From Rickettsiales bacterium (GTDB lineage Bacteria; Pseudomonadota; Alphaproteobacteria; Rickettsiales; UBA998): DNA of 64,000 bases. Every line of letters starts with the position of its first letter. The stretch's first letter is position 1. The notes beneath the pieces are model-generated. The model was given only the letters and a program-made list of their open reading frames with translations. It searched no databases and had not been told where the DNA came from. The stretch lies in the NCBI GenBank assembly GCA_046348685.1, contig JAXMDT010000006.1, positions 2,395 through 66,394 on the forward strand, given 5' to 3'. Shown one piece after another: positions 8,774 through 18,958 of the stretch. Position numbers and translations under genes: made by a program.

Positions 8774-11467
8774 TTACTTCTTCTGAATCGCCGCTTGCGC
8801 TGCCGCCAGGCGTGCGATCGGTACGCGGTACGGAGAGCAGGATACATAATTAAGTCCGGCTTTCTGGCAGAAACTGATCGAGCGCGGATCGCCGCCATGT
8901 TCGCCGCAGATGCCGAGCTTAATGTCACTGCGCGTTTTCTTGCCGCGTTCCGCTGCGAGCTGGATCAGCTCGCCTACGCCGTCCTGGTCGAGCGAGACGA
9001 AGGGGTCTACCTCGACGATGCCTTGTTTCTTATAAGCCTCGATAAAATTGGCCGAATCGTCGCGGCTGATGCCGAAGGTCGTCTGCGTCAGATCGTTGGT
9101 GCCGAAGCTGAAGAACTGCGCAGACTCGGCAATCTCACCGGCACGTAATGCGGCACGCGGTAGCTCAATCATGGTGCCGACAAGGTAATCGATCTTCTTG
9201 CCTTTTTCCTGCATCACCGCTTCGGCGGTTTTGTCGATCAATGCCTTCAGGATTTTCAGCTCGCTATGAGTCATGATCAGCGGGATCATGATTTCCGGTA
9301 CAACGGGTGAGCCGTCAGTTGCATCGATCGCTGCTTCGAAAATCGCGCGCGCCTGCATCTCATAGATTTCCGGATAGGTGATCCCGAGGCGGCAACCACG
9401 GTGGCCAAGCATGGGGTTCGATTCCTTGAGTGCGCCCGAGCGTTGTTTCACATAGTCAACACTGACGCCCGCCGACTGTGCCACTTCTTTAATCTCGGCT
9501 TCCGAGTGCGGCAGGAATTCATGCAGCGGTGGATCGAGCAAGCGGATCGTCACCGGCAGGCCTTCCATGATTTTGAAAAGGTCGGTGAAATCCTGGCGCT
9601 GCATCGGCAGCAGTTTTGCGAGTGCGGCGCGACGCTGCGTTTCCGTTTCGGAGAGAATCATCTCGCGCATGCTGGAAATACGCGCAGCATCAAAGAACAT
9701 ATGTTCGGTGCGGCATAGACCGATGCCTTCGGCGCCGAACTCGCGCGCGGTTTTCGCATCGAGCGGAGTTTCGGCATTGGTGCGGACTTTCAGCGTGCGG
9801 ACTTCATCGGCCCACTGCATGAGCTTGGCGAAATCCCCAGAAAGGTTCGGCTGGATGGTCGGCACCTTGCCGAGCATGACTTCTCCCGTCGAGCCGTTGA
9901 TGGTGATGATCTCGCCTTCCTTGATCACTTTGCCGCCGGCTTTGAATTCGCCTTTCGCATAATCGATGGCAAGCTCTCCTGCACCGGAGACGCAGGGTTT
10001 GCCCATGCCACGGGCAACAACTGCAGCATGACTGGTCATGCCGCCGCGTGCGGTCAGGATGCCTTCGGAGACATGCATGCCGTGAATATCTTCCGGGCTG
10101 GTTTCAATGCGCACCAGCAAGACCGACTCGCCTTTCTTCGCCAGTTCCTCCGCCTTGTCCGAGGAGAAAATCACTTTACCGCATGCCGCGCCCGGTGAGG
10201 CAGGAAGGCCTTTGGCAACAATCGTTTTCGGCGCTTTCGGGTCGAGCGTCGGGTGCAGCAATTGATCGAGCGCCATCGGGTCGACGCGCATCACGGCTTC
10301 TTCCTTGGTGATGAGTTTTTCATCCATCATATCGACAGCGATTTTCACGCTCGCCGCGGCGGTGCGCTTGCCGTTACGGGTTTGAAGCATATAGAGCTTG
10401 CGGTTCTGCACCGTAAACTCAATGTCCTGCATGTCGCGGTAATGTTTTTCGAGTTTGTCGAAGACGGCTGCGAGTTGTTTATACACATCCGGCATGACTT
10501 CTTCCATCGATGGCAGGTCACCGCCTTCGGCTTTGCCTTTGATAGTCAGCGGCTGCGGCGTGCGGATACCGGCGACGACATCTTCACCTTGTGCATTCAC
10601 CAGATATTCGCCGTAATAGGCATGCTCGCCCGTCGAGGGGTTGCGCGTGAAAGCAACGCCAGTGGCGCAATCATCGCCCATATTGCCGAACACCATCGAC
10701 TGGACATTGACCGCCGTACCCCAGCTTTCCGGAATATTGTGCAGGCGGCGGTAGGTATTGGCGCGGGCATTCATCCAGGAGTCGAAAACGGCCTGGATCG
10801 CTCCCCAGAGCTGCTCGGTCGGATCGGAAGGGAAGTCCTTGCCGAGTTCTTCCGCGACTTTGTCTTTGTAAAGCTCAACGATTTCTTTTAAATCGTTGGC
10901 GGAAAGCTCGGTATCGAGCGAGACATCCTTATCGCGTTTCAGCTGCTCAAGAATTTCCTCGAAGTGATAATGATCGACGCCCAGCACCACATCCGAATAC
11001 ATCTGGATAAAGCGGCGGTAGCTGTCATACGCGAAGCGCGGGTTATTCGTTTTCTTGGCGAGGCCTTCCGTCGTCGCATCGTTGAGGCCAAGGTTCAGGA
11101 TCGTATCCATCATTCCTGGCATCGAGGCGCGTGCGCCCGAGCGCACGGAGACGAGAAGGGGATTAGCCGGATCGCCGAACGTATAGCCGGTGGAAGCTTC
11201 GATTTTTTTGAGGCCTGCCATGACTTGCTCATTCAGGCTTTCCGGCAACTTCTTGCCGTTAGCGTAATAGGCGACGCAGACTTCGGTGGTGATGGTGAAT
11301 CCAGGGGGAACAGGCAGGCCGAGCGATGACATCTCCGCAAGGTTCGCGCCTTTGCCGCCGAGCAGGTCGCGCATGTCGACCTTGCCTTCGGACGTGCCGT
11401 CGCCGAAACTGTAGACGTATTTCGCGGCGTCGCTGCTCATTTTTTTAGCGGCGTTCGTGGTAGCCAT
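8774..11467 (-). CDS. ppdK: pyruvate, phosphate dikinase
   Basis: The ORF is 897 aa. Motifs GGKGANLAEM, the GGMTSHAAVVARGMGKPCV phospho-His loop and a C-terminal PEP-utilising TIM-barrel motif (GLCRTEHMF) are present. Confidence 0.95.
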   Translation of the reverse strand: MATTNAAKKMSSDAAKYVYSFGDGTSEGKVDMRDLLGGKGANLAEMSSLGLPVPPGFTITTEVCVAYYANGKKLPESLNEQVMAGLKKIEASTGYTFGDPANPLLVSVRSGARASMPGMMDTILNLGLNDATTEGLAKKTNNPRFAYDSYRRFIQMYSDVVLGVDHYHFEEILEQLKRDKDVSLDTELSANDLKEIVELYKDKVAEELGKDFPSDPTEQLWGAIQAVFDSWMNARANTYRRLHNIPESWGTAVNVQSMVFGNMGDDCATGVAFTRNPSTGEHAYYGEYLVNAQGEDVVAGIRTPQPLTIKGKAEGGDLPSMEEVMPDVYKQLAAVFDKLEKHYRDMQDIEFTVQNRKLYMLQTRNGKRTAAASVKIAVDMMDEKLITKEEAVMRVDPMALDQLLHPTLDPKAPKTIVAKGLPASPGAACGKVIFSSDKAEELAKKGESVLLVRIETSPEDIHGMHVSEGILTARGGMTSHAAVVARGMGKPCVSGAGELAIDYAKGEFKAGGKVIKEGEIITINGSTGEVMLGKVPTIQPNLSGDFAKLMQWADEVRTLKVRTNAETPLDAKTAREFGAEGIGLCRTEHMFFDAARISSMREMILSETETQRRAALAKLLPMQRQDFTDLFKIMEGLPVTIRLLDPPLHEFLPHSEAEIKEVAQSAGVSVDYVKQRSGALKESNPMLGHRGCRLGITYPEIYEMQARAIFEAAIDATDGSPVVPEIMIPLIMTHSELKILKALIDKTAEAVMQEKGKKIDYLVGTMIELPRAALRAGEIAESAQFFSFGTNDLTQTTFGISRDDSANFIEAYKKQGIVEVDPFVSLDQDGVGELIQLAAERGKKTRSDIKLGICGEHGGDPRSISFCQKAGLNYVSCSPYRVPIARLAAAQAAIQKK

Positions 11468-11503
11468 GGGTCCCTCTCCAAGGTTGATTGTATTTTCTTG
11501 TTT

Positions 11504-13567
11504 TTATACGTCCGCTATCAACCCGAAATTGGCGATACTGTCAAGTAATCCACGCACTTCCGAGAGCAATTTCAAACGGTTTTCGCGTATTTTTTTATCC
11601 TCGGCATTAACCATTACGCCCACAAAAAACGCATCCACCGCAGGGCGCAGCGCCGCAACCCGTTGCATGACCTGAATATAATCTTCGTTTTTGAGTGAAG
11701 CGGCAATATCGCTGCGGGTTTTTTCGAGTTCCGTATGCAGGGTTTTTTCCGCTGGCTCTGTCAGCAGGCTGCTATCGACCTTGCCAACATATTGCGTTTT
11801 ATCTTTTTTCTCTTCTTTCTCGACGATGTTTACCGCGCGGCGGTAGCCCGCGAGCAGGTTTTTGCCGTCTTCCGTACCGATGAAGGACTGGATGGCGTTG
11901 GCACGGGCGATAAGGCGCACCAGATCGTCTTCCTTGCCGCCGTCAAAGATCGCCTCGATCAGGTCATGGCGCACACCTTCGGTTTTTAAAATCACCTTCA
12001 GGCGGTCGGAGAAGAAGGCAAGGAGTTCTTCAACCAATGCATCAGGCTTTGCTTGTTTGGCAAATGACGTGAGCGCAGTCTTTAGCATTTCACGCAGCGA
12101 CAGGCGCAGCTTATTATCCAGAATGATACGAATGATACCAAGCGCCGAACGGCGGAGCGCAAAGGGATCTTTCGAGCCGGTGGGTTTTTCGCCCGCCGCA
12201 AAAAGTCCGCACAGGCTATCGAGTTTGTCGGCCAGCGCGACTGTGATCGCCAGCTTACTTTGCGGCAGCGCATCTTCCGCGCCTTGCGGTTTATAATGAT
12301 CGCGAATCGCGTCGGCGATATCAGTGGGAAGTTTCTGTTCAAGCGCATAGTAGCGGCCCATGACGCCTTGCAATTCCGGGAACTCGCCGACCATGCCGGT
12401 GACTAAATCCGCTTTGCAGAGCGATGCTACTTGCTCCGCTTTTTTCGAATCAGCGCCGGTGATTTTGCTGAGCGATGCGCTGAGCGCGGTGATACGCTTT
12501 ACCTTCTCGCCCATGCTGCCGAGCTTGGCGTGGAACAGCATGTCATCAAGGCCCTTGTTCCACTCGCCAAGCGGTTTTTTCTTATCCTGCTCCCAGTAGA
12601 ATTTTCCATCTTCAAGGCGGGCACGGACGACGCGTTCATTGCCGGCGATGATCTTATTGCCATCGTCGCGGGCAATCATGTTGGCGGTGATGAGAAAGCG
12701 GTTGGAGAGCGAGCCGTCCTTGTTCAGGAGCGCAAAATATTTCTGGTGGTGGCGCATTTCCAGAATGGGCACTTCCGGCGGCAGCGCCAGAAATTCCTTA
12801 TCGAACGTTCCGACCAGCATGACCGGCCATTCGACGAGTCCGGTCACTTCATTCAGCAATCCTTCATCTTCTTTCAGCACAAGGCCGTGTTCATTCGCAA
12901 TGTGATTTGCTTCTTTCGCGATCCAGGCTTTGCGTTCTTCGGCGCTCGCAATCACGGACGCATGTTTCAACGCTTCGACGTACTCATTCGGATGCTTGAT
13001 GGTAATAGTTTCCTTCGAGAGGAAACGGTGGCCGCGTGTGGTATTGCCGGAGGTGACATGGCCGATAGTGAGCGGTACGACATCATGATCGAACAAGCAG
13101 ATGATGGAGCGTAGCGGGCGCACCCAGCTCATTGGAGTGGCTCCCCAGCGCATGGATTTCGGCCAGGGGAAATCTTTGAGCGCGTTTTCGATGAGGCTGG
13201 TCAGCGCTTCTTTGGTCGGCTGGCCTTTTTGCTCAATCACCGCGAAATAGACCTGCTGGCCTTTGATGTCGCGCTTTTCTAATTGATCAACCGAAAGTCC
13301 GGCCGATTTGCAAAAGCCTTCGATGGCCTGCGCCGGTGCTGAAACGTTCGGGCCTTTCTTCTCAACCGTCAGGTCAGGCTGCGCCGCGGGTACATCATGC
13401 GCGATAATGGCGAGACGGCGCGGCGTGACAAAACTTTCGATTTTAGACGGCTTTAAACGCGCATCTTCCAATGCCTTGCTAATACGCGACTGCAATTCGC
13501 CAATCGCCGCTGCCTGCATACGGGCAGGAATTTCTTCGGAGAATAATTCGAGGAGGAGGCTAGGCAT
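11504..13567 (-). CDS. glyS: glycine--tRNA ligase beta subunit
   Basis: I moved the start to ATG 13567 ([18 protein letters not shown], the canonical GlyS N-terminus). The 17 upstream codons in the ORF track (..[12 protein letters not shown]) are read-through of a family B repeat arm. Confidence 0.9.
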   Translation of the reverse strand: MPSLLLELFSEEIPARMQAAAIGELQSRISKALEDARLKPSKIESFVTPRRLAIIAHDVPAAQPDLTVEKKGPNVSAPAQAIEGFCKSAGLSVDQLEKRDIKGQQVYFAVIEQKGQPTKEALTSLIENALKDFPWPKSMRWGATPMSWVRPLRSIICLFDHDVVPLTIGHVTSGNTTRGHRFLSKETITIKHPNEYVEALKHASVIASAEERKAWIAKEANHIANEHGLVLKEDEGLLNEVTGLVEWPVMLVGTFDKEFLALPPEVPILEMRHHQKYFALLNKDGSLSNRFLITANMIARDDGNKIIAGNERVVRARLEDGKFYWEQDKKKPLGEWNKGLDDMLFHAKLGSMGEKVKRITALSASLSKITGADSKKAEQVASLCKADLVTGMVGEFPELQGVMGRYYALEQKLPTDIADAIRDHYKPQGAEDALPQSKLAITVALADKLDSLCGLFAAGEKPTGSKDPFALRRSALGIIRIILDNKLRLSLREMLKTALTSFAKQAKPDALVEELLAFFSDRLKVILKTEGVRHDLIEAIFDGGKEDDLVRLIARANAIQSFIGTEDGKNLLAGYRRAVNIVEKEEKKDKTQYVGKVDSSLLTEPAEKTLHTELEKTRSDIAASLKNEDYIQVMQRVAALRPAVDAFFVGVMVNAEDKKIRENRLKLLSEVRGLLDSIANFGLIADV

Positions 13568-13949
13568 CAACAGGTTCCAGGTTTCGGGTTTCAGGTTCCA
13601 GAGAGCGTAACAGTCCATTTAGCATGCGGCTAATCTCTGCTGTTTTATGAGTGAGTTCTTCCAATTTTTCACGAGATAAAAATTGAAGATCACAGGCTAA
13701 AATCAGTTGAGTTTCTAATTCAGCTAGAGAACCGGTGGCCACCCTTAGATGATATGTAAACTCTTTTTTAGATGAGCGGCATCTCCCTTCCGCAATATTG
13801 GATGGAATAGAAATAGCTGCTCGCTGAATCTGCTGAGTAAGTGCATATATTTCTGTTTTAGGAAAGTCCTGGGTAGCCAAATATACTTCTTTCACAAGTA
13901 ATCTGGATTTTTTCCATACATCTAAATCCTGATACGAAAGAATGGTCAT
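13560..13949 (-). CDS. four-helix-bundle protein (23S rRNA intervening-sequence protein / Avd-like family)
   Basis: [18 protein letters not shown]...[16 protein letters not shown]...[17 protein letters not shown] is characteristic of this family. The C-terminal [14 protein letters not shown] is encoded by the repeat arm. The ORF overlaps the panD stop (ATGA) and the glyS start. Confidence 0.85.
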   Translation of the reverse strand: MTILSYQDLDVWKKSRLLVKEVYLATQDFPKTEIYALTQQIQRAAISIPSNIAEGRCRSSKKEFTYHLRVATGSLAELETQLILACDLQFLSREKLEELTHKTAEISRMLNGLLRSLEPETRNLEPVDA

Positions 13950-13990
13950 TTTTTCTTTCCCTGGAACCCGGCACCTGAAACCCGAGACCT
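13571..13990. mobile_element. family B ('PETRN') element carrying a four-helix-bundle ORF
   Basis: The inverted arms are caggttccaggtttcgggtttcaggttccag (13571-13601) and ctggaacccggcacctgaaacccgagacct (13961-13990). They bracket ORF 13560-13949. Confidence 0.7.
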
Positions 13991-14329
13991 ATTCTTCTCA
14001 TCGACGAGCACAATCGTCGGCTTCCATTTTTTTGCAGTCTTTTCTTCCATGCGGCAGAAGGCGCAGATGATGACGAGATCACCTTTCTGCACGAGGCGGG
14101 CGGCGGCGCCATTGACGGTGATTTCGCCGGAACCGGATTTTTTCCCGGCAATCGCGTACGTCGTAAACCGTGCGCCGTTGGCGATGTTCAACACATCGAC
14201 CTGTTCATATTCCAGAATGCCGGAGGCTTTGAGAAGGGCAGGGTCAATCGTGATCGAGCCCTCGTAATTGAGATCACTACCCGTGACGGTGGCGCGGTGC
14301 AGTTTGGTTTTAAGCAACGTGAGATACAT
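13946..14329 (-). CDS. panD: aspartate 1-decarboxylase
   Basis: [29 protein letters not shown] contains the processing Gly-Ser site. The last ~14 codons ([13 protein letters not shown]) are encoded by a family B arm. Confidence 0.9.
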   Translation of the reverse strand: MYLTLLKTKLHRATVTGSDLNYEGSITIDPALLKASGILEYEQVDVLNIANGARFTTYAIAGKKSGSGEITVNGAAARLVQKGDLVIICAFCRMEEKTAKKWKPTIVLVDEKNRSRVSGAGFQGKKK

Positions 14330-14331
14330 AA

Positions 14332-15279
14332 TTAGCTTCCAGCTGCCAGGTTTCGGGTTTCGGAAGGTATCGTGTTAGGCTCTTTTTCCTGGAACCCGGA
14401 ACCTGGAACCCGAATTCCATCTAACCAAGCAGAACAACACCCTTTAGCCAGCGCGCGCACGCGTCCTATATAAGCCGCACGCTCGGTGACGCCGATAGCG
14501 CCGCGCGAATCGAGCAGGTTGAAGAGATGGCTCGCCTTCAGGCAGTAATCATAGGCGGGCAGCGCCATGCCGCCAATATCGAGCAGGCGCGCGCATTCTT
14601 TTTCCACGTCGTTAAAATGGCGGAACAGCATTTCCGTGTTGGCATGCTCCAGATTGAAGCCGGAGAATTCCACCTCGTTGCGTTTGAAGACATCGCCGTA
14701 GGTTTTCTGCGGATAGCCTTCGGGCGGGTTATTCCATTTGAGATCGTAGACGTTATCGACGCCCTGGATATACATAGCGAGGCGCTCGATGCCGTATGTC
14801 AATTCACCAGAAACGGGGCTGCATTCAAAGCCGCCCACTTGTTGAAAATACGTGAATTGCGTTACTTCCATGCCGTCGCACCAGACTTCCCAGCCAAGCC
14901 CCCACGCGCCGAGCGTCGGGCTTTCCCAGTCATCCTCAACGAAGCGTATATCATGTTCATGCGGGTCGATGCCGAGTTCGACGAGGCTGCCGAGATACAA
15001 ATCCTGAATGTTGTCCGGGGAGGGTTTCAGGATCACCTGAAACTGGTAGTAATGCTGCAAGCGGTTCGGATTCTCACCATATCGGCCATCTTTTGGACGG
15101 CGGGATGGCTGCACATAGGCCACATTCCATGTTTCGGGGCCGAGGGTGCGCAGCGTCGTTGCGGTGTGGAAGGTGCCGGCCCCGACTTCCATATCATAGG
15201 GCTGCAAAATAACGCAGCCGCGATCTCCCCAATAGCGCTGGAGGGTTAAGATAATGTCCTGGAAGCTTTTAACCGTCAT
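14332..15279 (-). CDS. glyQ: glycine--tRNA ligase alpha subunit
   Basis: [12 protein letters not shown]...[19 protein letters not shown] is present. The ~25-aa C-terminal extension (..[25 protein letters not shown]) is encoded by a family B repeat. Confidence 0.95.
   Translation of the reverse strand: MTVKSFQDIILTLQRYWGDRGCVILQPYDMEVGAGTFHTATTLRTLGPETWNVAYVQPSRRPKDGRYGENPNRLQHYYQFQVILKPSPDNIQDLYLGSLVELGIDPHEHDIRFVEDDWESPTLGAWGLGWEVWCDGMEVTQFTYFQQVGGFECSPVSGELTYGIERLAMYIQGVDNVYDLKWNNPPEGYPQKTYGDVFKRNEVEFSGFNLEHANTEMLFRHFNDVEKECARLLDIGGMALPAYDYCLKASHLFNLLDSRGAIGVTERAAYIGRVRALAKGCCSAWLDGIRVPGSGFQEKEPNTIPSETRNLAAGS
14346..14415. repeat. family B hairpin element inside the 3' end of glyQ
   Basis: The sequence is ccaggtttcgggtttcgga...tcctggaacccggaacctggaacccgaa. 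Confidence 0.7.
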
Positions 15280-15361
15280 CGAGAAGCCGTGTGAATTACG
15301 CGGCTTGTTTTAGCGGAAACCAGAGATACTGCAATGGTTTTTAGGAACAAAAAGGAGATTA

Positions 15362-15982
15362 TTACGCGTGGCCGACGATGGGGGAAAAGCGCCACATATC
15401 GACGCCAAGGGCTTTCGCGCTCACCGTCCATTTCATATCATCGGGCGTATGGAAGAGCAGTTCCGGCGTGGCGGGAACGGTGATCCAGCTGTTGGCTTCG
15501 ATTTCGGCTTCCAGCTGACCCGGCGCCCATCCCGAATAGCCAATGCAGAGCAACGCTTTATCCGGACCTTTTCCAAGAGCCATATCGCGCAAAATTGCGG
15601 CGCTTGAAGTAACAGCGATATTCGAATCCTGCTCGACGGAGTCTTCCGACTTATAATCGTTGCTGTGAATGACGAAGCCGCGGGTTTCTTCCACCGGGCC
15701 GCCATGGTAGATGCCGATCGGCTTGGTTTCCGGCGTCAGGTCGATGCCGACTTGCTCGAACAGCGAGGTATAATGAATCGTATCGAGCGGCTTGTTGATG
15801 ACAACGCCCATGGCTCCACTCGCATTATGCGCGAAAAGGTAGATGACGGACTGCTGAAATACCGGCCCGCCGACCGTCGGCGTGGCGACCAGCAGGCGGC
15901 CTTCGAGATAGCCCTCATGATTGACGCGGCGTTGTTCTGTGAGATAGGGACTGGCGTTTAAAATGATGCGATCGATACTCAT
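15362..15982 (-). CDS. YqgE/AlgH family protein (UPF0301)
   Basis: LLVATPTVGGPVFQQSVIYLFAHNASGAMGVVINKPL is the family signature. Confidence 0.85.
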   Translation of the reverse strand: MSIDRIILNASPYLTEQRRVNHEGYLEGRLLVATPTVGGPVFQQSVIYLFAHNASGAMGVVINKPLDTIHYTSLFEQVGIDLTPETKPIGIYHGGPVEETRGFVIHSNDYKSEDSVEQDSNIAVTSSAAILRDMALGKGPDKALLCIGYSGWAPGQLEAEIEANSWITVPATPELLFHTPDDMKWTVSAKALGVDMWRFSPIVGHA

Positions 15983-16074
15983 GTGGTATCCAATATAGGA
16001 TGAATCGGCGCCGAATCAATAGCTCATCATAGCACAAGCGGATATTTCTGTCACGGAGCCTATAAGAGATTGTT

Positions 16075-16140
16075 TAGTCATTAGTCTTCAGTCGAGAGCC
16101 GATAGCCAAATAACGACTAACGACAAAGAACTATCGACTA
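16075..16140. repeat. family D ('TAGTCG') hairpin element, second copy
   Basis: The sequence is tagtcattagtcttcagtcg...cgactaacgacaaagaactatcgacta. Its right arm matches the 5801-5827 arm at 24/27 when inverted. The terminal CTA is the ygfZ stop codon. Confidence 0.7.
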
Positions 16141-17022
16141 TATATGCCATTCCGGAAAGGTGATGACTAGCGGCACGCCGCCGGCGGTGGGCACATGCCC
16201 CGTGTTCATGGCGAGTTGCCACTCCTCGATGCGTATCACGCCAAGACCGACATGGCCGCAGGAGGAACGCATCTCGCCGAGCGGGATATCGCCGGCAATG
16301 ATTTCGGTGCCGAGCGGCGGCAGGTTCTGGTCTGCCGAAATGCAGAATAATTTTTTCCGCACCACGCCGCGATGGGTCGTGCGCGCAATAACCTCCTGGC
16401 CGACATAGCAGCCTTTTTTATAATCAATGCCATTAAGTTCGTCATAGCCGGTTTCAAGCACGATGGTGCGATCAATAATCGCATCCTTGCTGCCTTCGGG
16501 AATACCGTGCAACAAGCGAATCCGTTCGTAATTTTCCAGCCCCGCTTCGAGCGTCGGCACCGGCAGGATATCTTGCGTCGCATAGGCGGGCGTGATCATG
16601 CGTACGCCCATCGGCAGCCAGCGCGGATCGGCATAAACGATGCTGTCGCCAAGAGTTTTGGTGTCGCCCGCTTTATCGGAAAGCCCCATCGTCGTATGCG
16701 CCGATTCGTTGAGCAGGGCGACGACTTTTTTATCGCTGCGCGCTATGTTCACTTTGGCACGGAGTTTATACATGCCGAGTTTCTTGATAAGCTCATCGGC
16801 TCGCGGCGCTTCGGTGTCGAGCAGGTATCCATCCGCTTTTTTCGCAATGAAGAAATCGAAAAGAAATTTTCCCTGTGGCGCGAGCAAGGCGGCAAAGATC
16901 GTCTGCTCCGGCGTTGCCTTTTCAATATCGTTGGTAATCAGTCCCTGCAAAAAGGACGCAGCATCCTCGCCCGTGATGTCCACCACGGCTCGGTCGGTCA
17001 GGGGTATCCACGAAAGCACCAT
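16138..17022 (-). CDS. ygfZ: folate-binding protein YgfZ (CAF17 family)
   Basis: A GcvT-like fold is suggested by DRAVVDITGEDAASFLQGLITNDI and the KKGCYVGQEVIART motif. Confidence 0.85.
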   Translation of the reverse strand: MVLSWIPLTDRAVVDITGEDAASFLQGLITNDIEKATPEQTIFAALLAPQGKFLFDFFIAKKADGYLLDTEAPRADELIKKLGMYKLRAKVNIARSDKKVVALLNESAHTTMGLSDKAGDTKTLGDSIVYADPRWLPMGVRMITPAYATQDILPVPTLEAGLENYERIRLLHGIPEGSKDAIIDRTIVLETGYDELNGIDYKKGCYVGQEVIARTTHRGVVRKKLFCISADQNLPPLGTEIIAGDIPLGEMRSSCGHVGLGVIRIEEWQLAMNTGHVPTAGGVPLVITFPEWHI

Positions 17023-17045
17023 GCGCCTAACCTAGGTGTATGGGC

Positions 17046-18107
17046 TTAACTGTCAAGCGCTTCAGCGTGATTGATGGGAATCATGCCGCATACCTCGCGT
17101 AGGACAAGGTCGATGCGCTGGGAGACGAATTCCATGGAATAACGGGTTTTTACCGTGTCATAGGCATGGCGGGCCATCTCGCGGGCTTCGTCCTCTTGTG
17201 AAATCATCGTCTGCAGCGCACCTGCCAATGCTTCCGGTTGATTGCGTGGTACGAGGATGCCGCTTTCGCCGTTTTTTAAGATCTCGCGTGGGCCTTCGCT
17301 GTCGGTCGCCACGATCGGCAGTTTGGCCGCCATCGCTTCCAGCAGCACAATGCCGAACGGCTCGTGGCGTGAGGGCAGGCAGAAAATATCGACCGTTTTT
17401 AAAAAGGCGCGCGGGTCTTCGATCCATCCCGGAAAGGAGACAAAATTTTCAAGATCGTGCCGCGCCACCTGGTGGCGAAGATTGGTTTCCTCCTCGCCCG
17501 CGCCGCCGAGAACCGCCTGAAAGGGGATTTCACGGTCTCTCAGCAGGCGAAGCGCTTCAATGAAAAGATCGAACCCTTTTTTCTTCTCGAACCTGCCTAA
17601 CGTGCCAATGACAGGCTTTTGATTCCAGGTGCGGCGGATGAAGCCATGATCGAGCGTGATCATGTTCGGCACCTCGATGATCTTGTCTTCTGAAATACCG
17701 TAAGCAATCAGCTTTTCCACCATATCGCGCGTGACGGCGAAAATGGCATCGGCCTCAGCAAGGGCGCTGCAGAAACGGTAATTATGGGAGACGGCGATGA
17801 CTTTTGCATCGCCTTTTGCTTTTGCTGCGAAGGTAATGGCGCGGCTGCCATGCGCGATGATGCAATCAACCGGATAATGCTTCAGCAGAGAGCGCAGCTT
17901 ACTTGGCGCAAACGGATCCCATGGACCCATATTGGTGAAGACCTGAAAGGGAATGTTCGTCTGTGTGAGCTCATGATTAATGGCGGCATCGGGATCGCTG
18001 ATCATATAGACGTCATTACCCATGTGACGCTGGCCGAGCGCATAATCGATGCTGGAGCGTTCGATGCCCCCCAGTTTCTTCCCCAGCATGATGTTCGCTA
18101 TCCGCAT
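17046..18107 (-). CDS. glycosyltransferase family 4 (GT-B fold)
   Basis: RFEKKKGFDLFIEA...PSRHEPFGIVLLEAMAAKLPIVATDSEGPREIL contains the E-x7-E region. Confidence 0.85.
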   Translation of the reverse strand: MRIANIMLGKKLGGIERSSIDYALGQRHMGNDVYMISDPDAAINHELTQTNIPFQVFTNMGPWDPFAPSKLRSLLKHYPVDCIIAHGSRAITFAAKAKGDAKVIAVSHNYRFCSALAEADAIFAVTRDMVEKLIAYGISEDKIIEVPNMITLDHGFIRRTWNQKPVIGTLGRFEKKKGFDLFIEALRLLRDREIPFQAVLGGAGEEETNLRHQVARHDLENFVSFPGWIEDPRAFLKTVDIFCLPSRHEPFGIVLLEAMAAKLPIVATDSEGPREILKNGESGILVPRNQPEALAGALQTMISQEDEAREMARHAYDTVKTRYSMEFVSQRIDLVLREVCGMIPINHAEALDS

Positions 18108-18269
18108 GGCGATCCAGTATCTTTTCTTCCTCTCGCCTGCAAGTAGTAAAAAGTTTATGCCTCAAAACCGAAGCGTTAAATATTTGCAAAACGGCAGGCA
18201 GTTTGTATGGTTGCGAAGCCTAAGCTTGGGTTTGCTTAAGTCTCGCATATATTTTTAAGGTTTGCACGT

Positions 18270-18956
18270 ATGAAACACGTGGCGTTGTTCCTGATACTAT
18301 TATTGCCGGCATTCTGCCTGGCCGAGGAGAGCTTGCCCGCACGGGAGGCAAATCTCATCCTGAACTGGCTGGCGGCTACTTCGGAAACCAATGCGCACCA
18401 GATGAATGGCGCAGCAGAAAACAAGCTATGGGTATCACAGAATGGCCTTTGCGAAGCAGTGCACGACAAAGACGGCAAGCTAGTGCAGGACGGGGTGAAC
18501 GATGGTTCATTCAATTATTTCCACCCTGCAGAGCAGCCCGCCGACCATTTTATTTACGATGTGCTGCCGTGGATCGAGTACGGAAACAGCGCTTCCGATA
18601 AGACCGCGGAAAATGACCGCATCAATGCTTATATCCGCGATTTGAGCGGTGGATTATTCAAGGCCGCGCATGCACTGAAAAAAACCTTCGACCTGACAAC
18701 GTTGACGAATGACCAGAAATCCGTTTTGCAGGCGTTTGTGACGACGATTCGCGATGTGAAACTGACCGGTCTTTATGATTATCTCGAAAACCCGGAAGCA
18801 CAGGCAAAAGAGCTGAAGCCGCTGCTTACCGGCTTGTTCGAGCCGATGAAGGCAACCTTGCGCAAACTGGCGCAGCAGCCATTCGATATGAATTATTTGA
18901 TGGCGCGTAAAGCGAAGCTGGAAAGCCGGTCAAGCGGCAAGAACGCCTGTCAATAG
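18270..18956 (+). CDS. hypothetical secreted protein
   Basis: The signal peptide is MKHVALFLILLLPAFCLAEE. I recognise no family. Confidence 0.5.
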   Translation: MKHVALFLILLLPAFCLAEESLPAREANLILNWLAATSETNAHQMNGAAENKLWVSQNGLCEAVHDKDGKLVQDGVNDGSFNYFHPAEQPADHFIYDVLPWIEYGNSASDKTAENDRINAYIRDLSGGLFKAAHALKKTFDLTTLTNDQKSVLQAFVTTIRDVKLTGLYDYLENPEAQAKELKPLLTGLFEPMKATLRKLAQQPFDMNYLMARKAKLESRSSGKNACQ

Positions 18957-18958
18957 CT

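Noticed and set aside
13568-13618. N-terminal extensions in the ORF track for glyS. The same applies to 24699-25745, 22856, 20200, 48979-49008, 49143, 50958-51047, 52214, 54317, 60612, 4569 and 244.
   Set aside because: Conserved N-termini, signal peptides or RBS sequences indicate the internal ATG. The extensions read through repeats or upstream genes.
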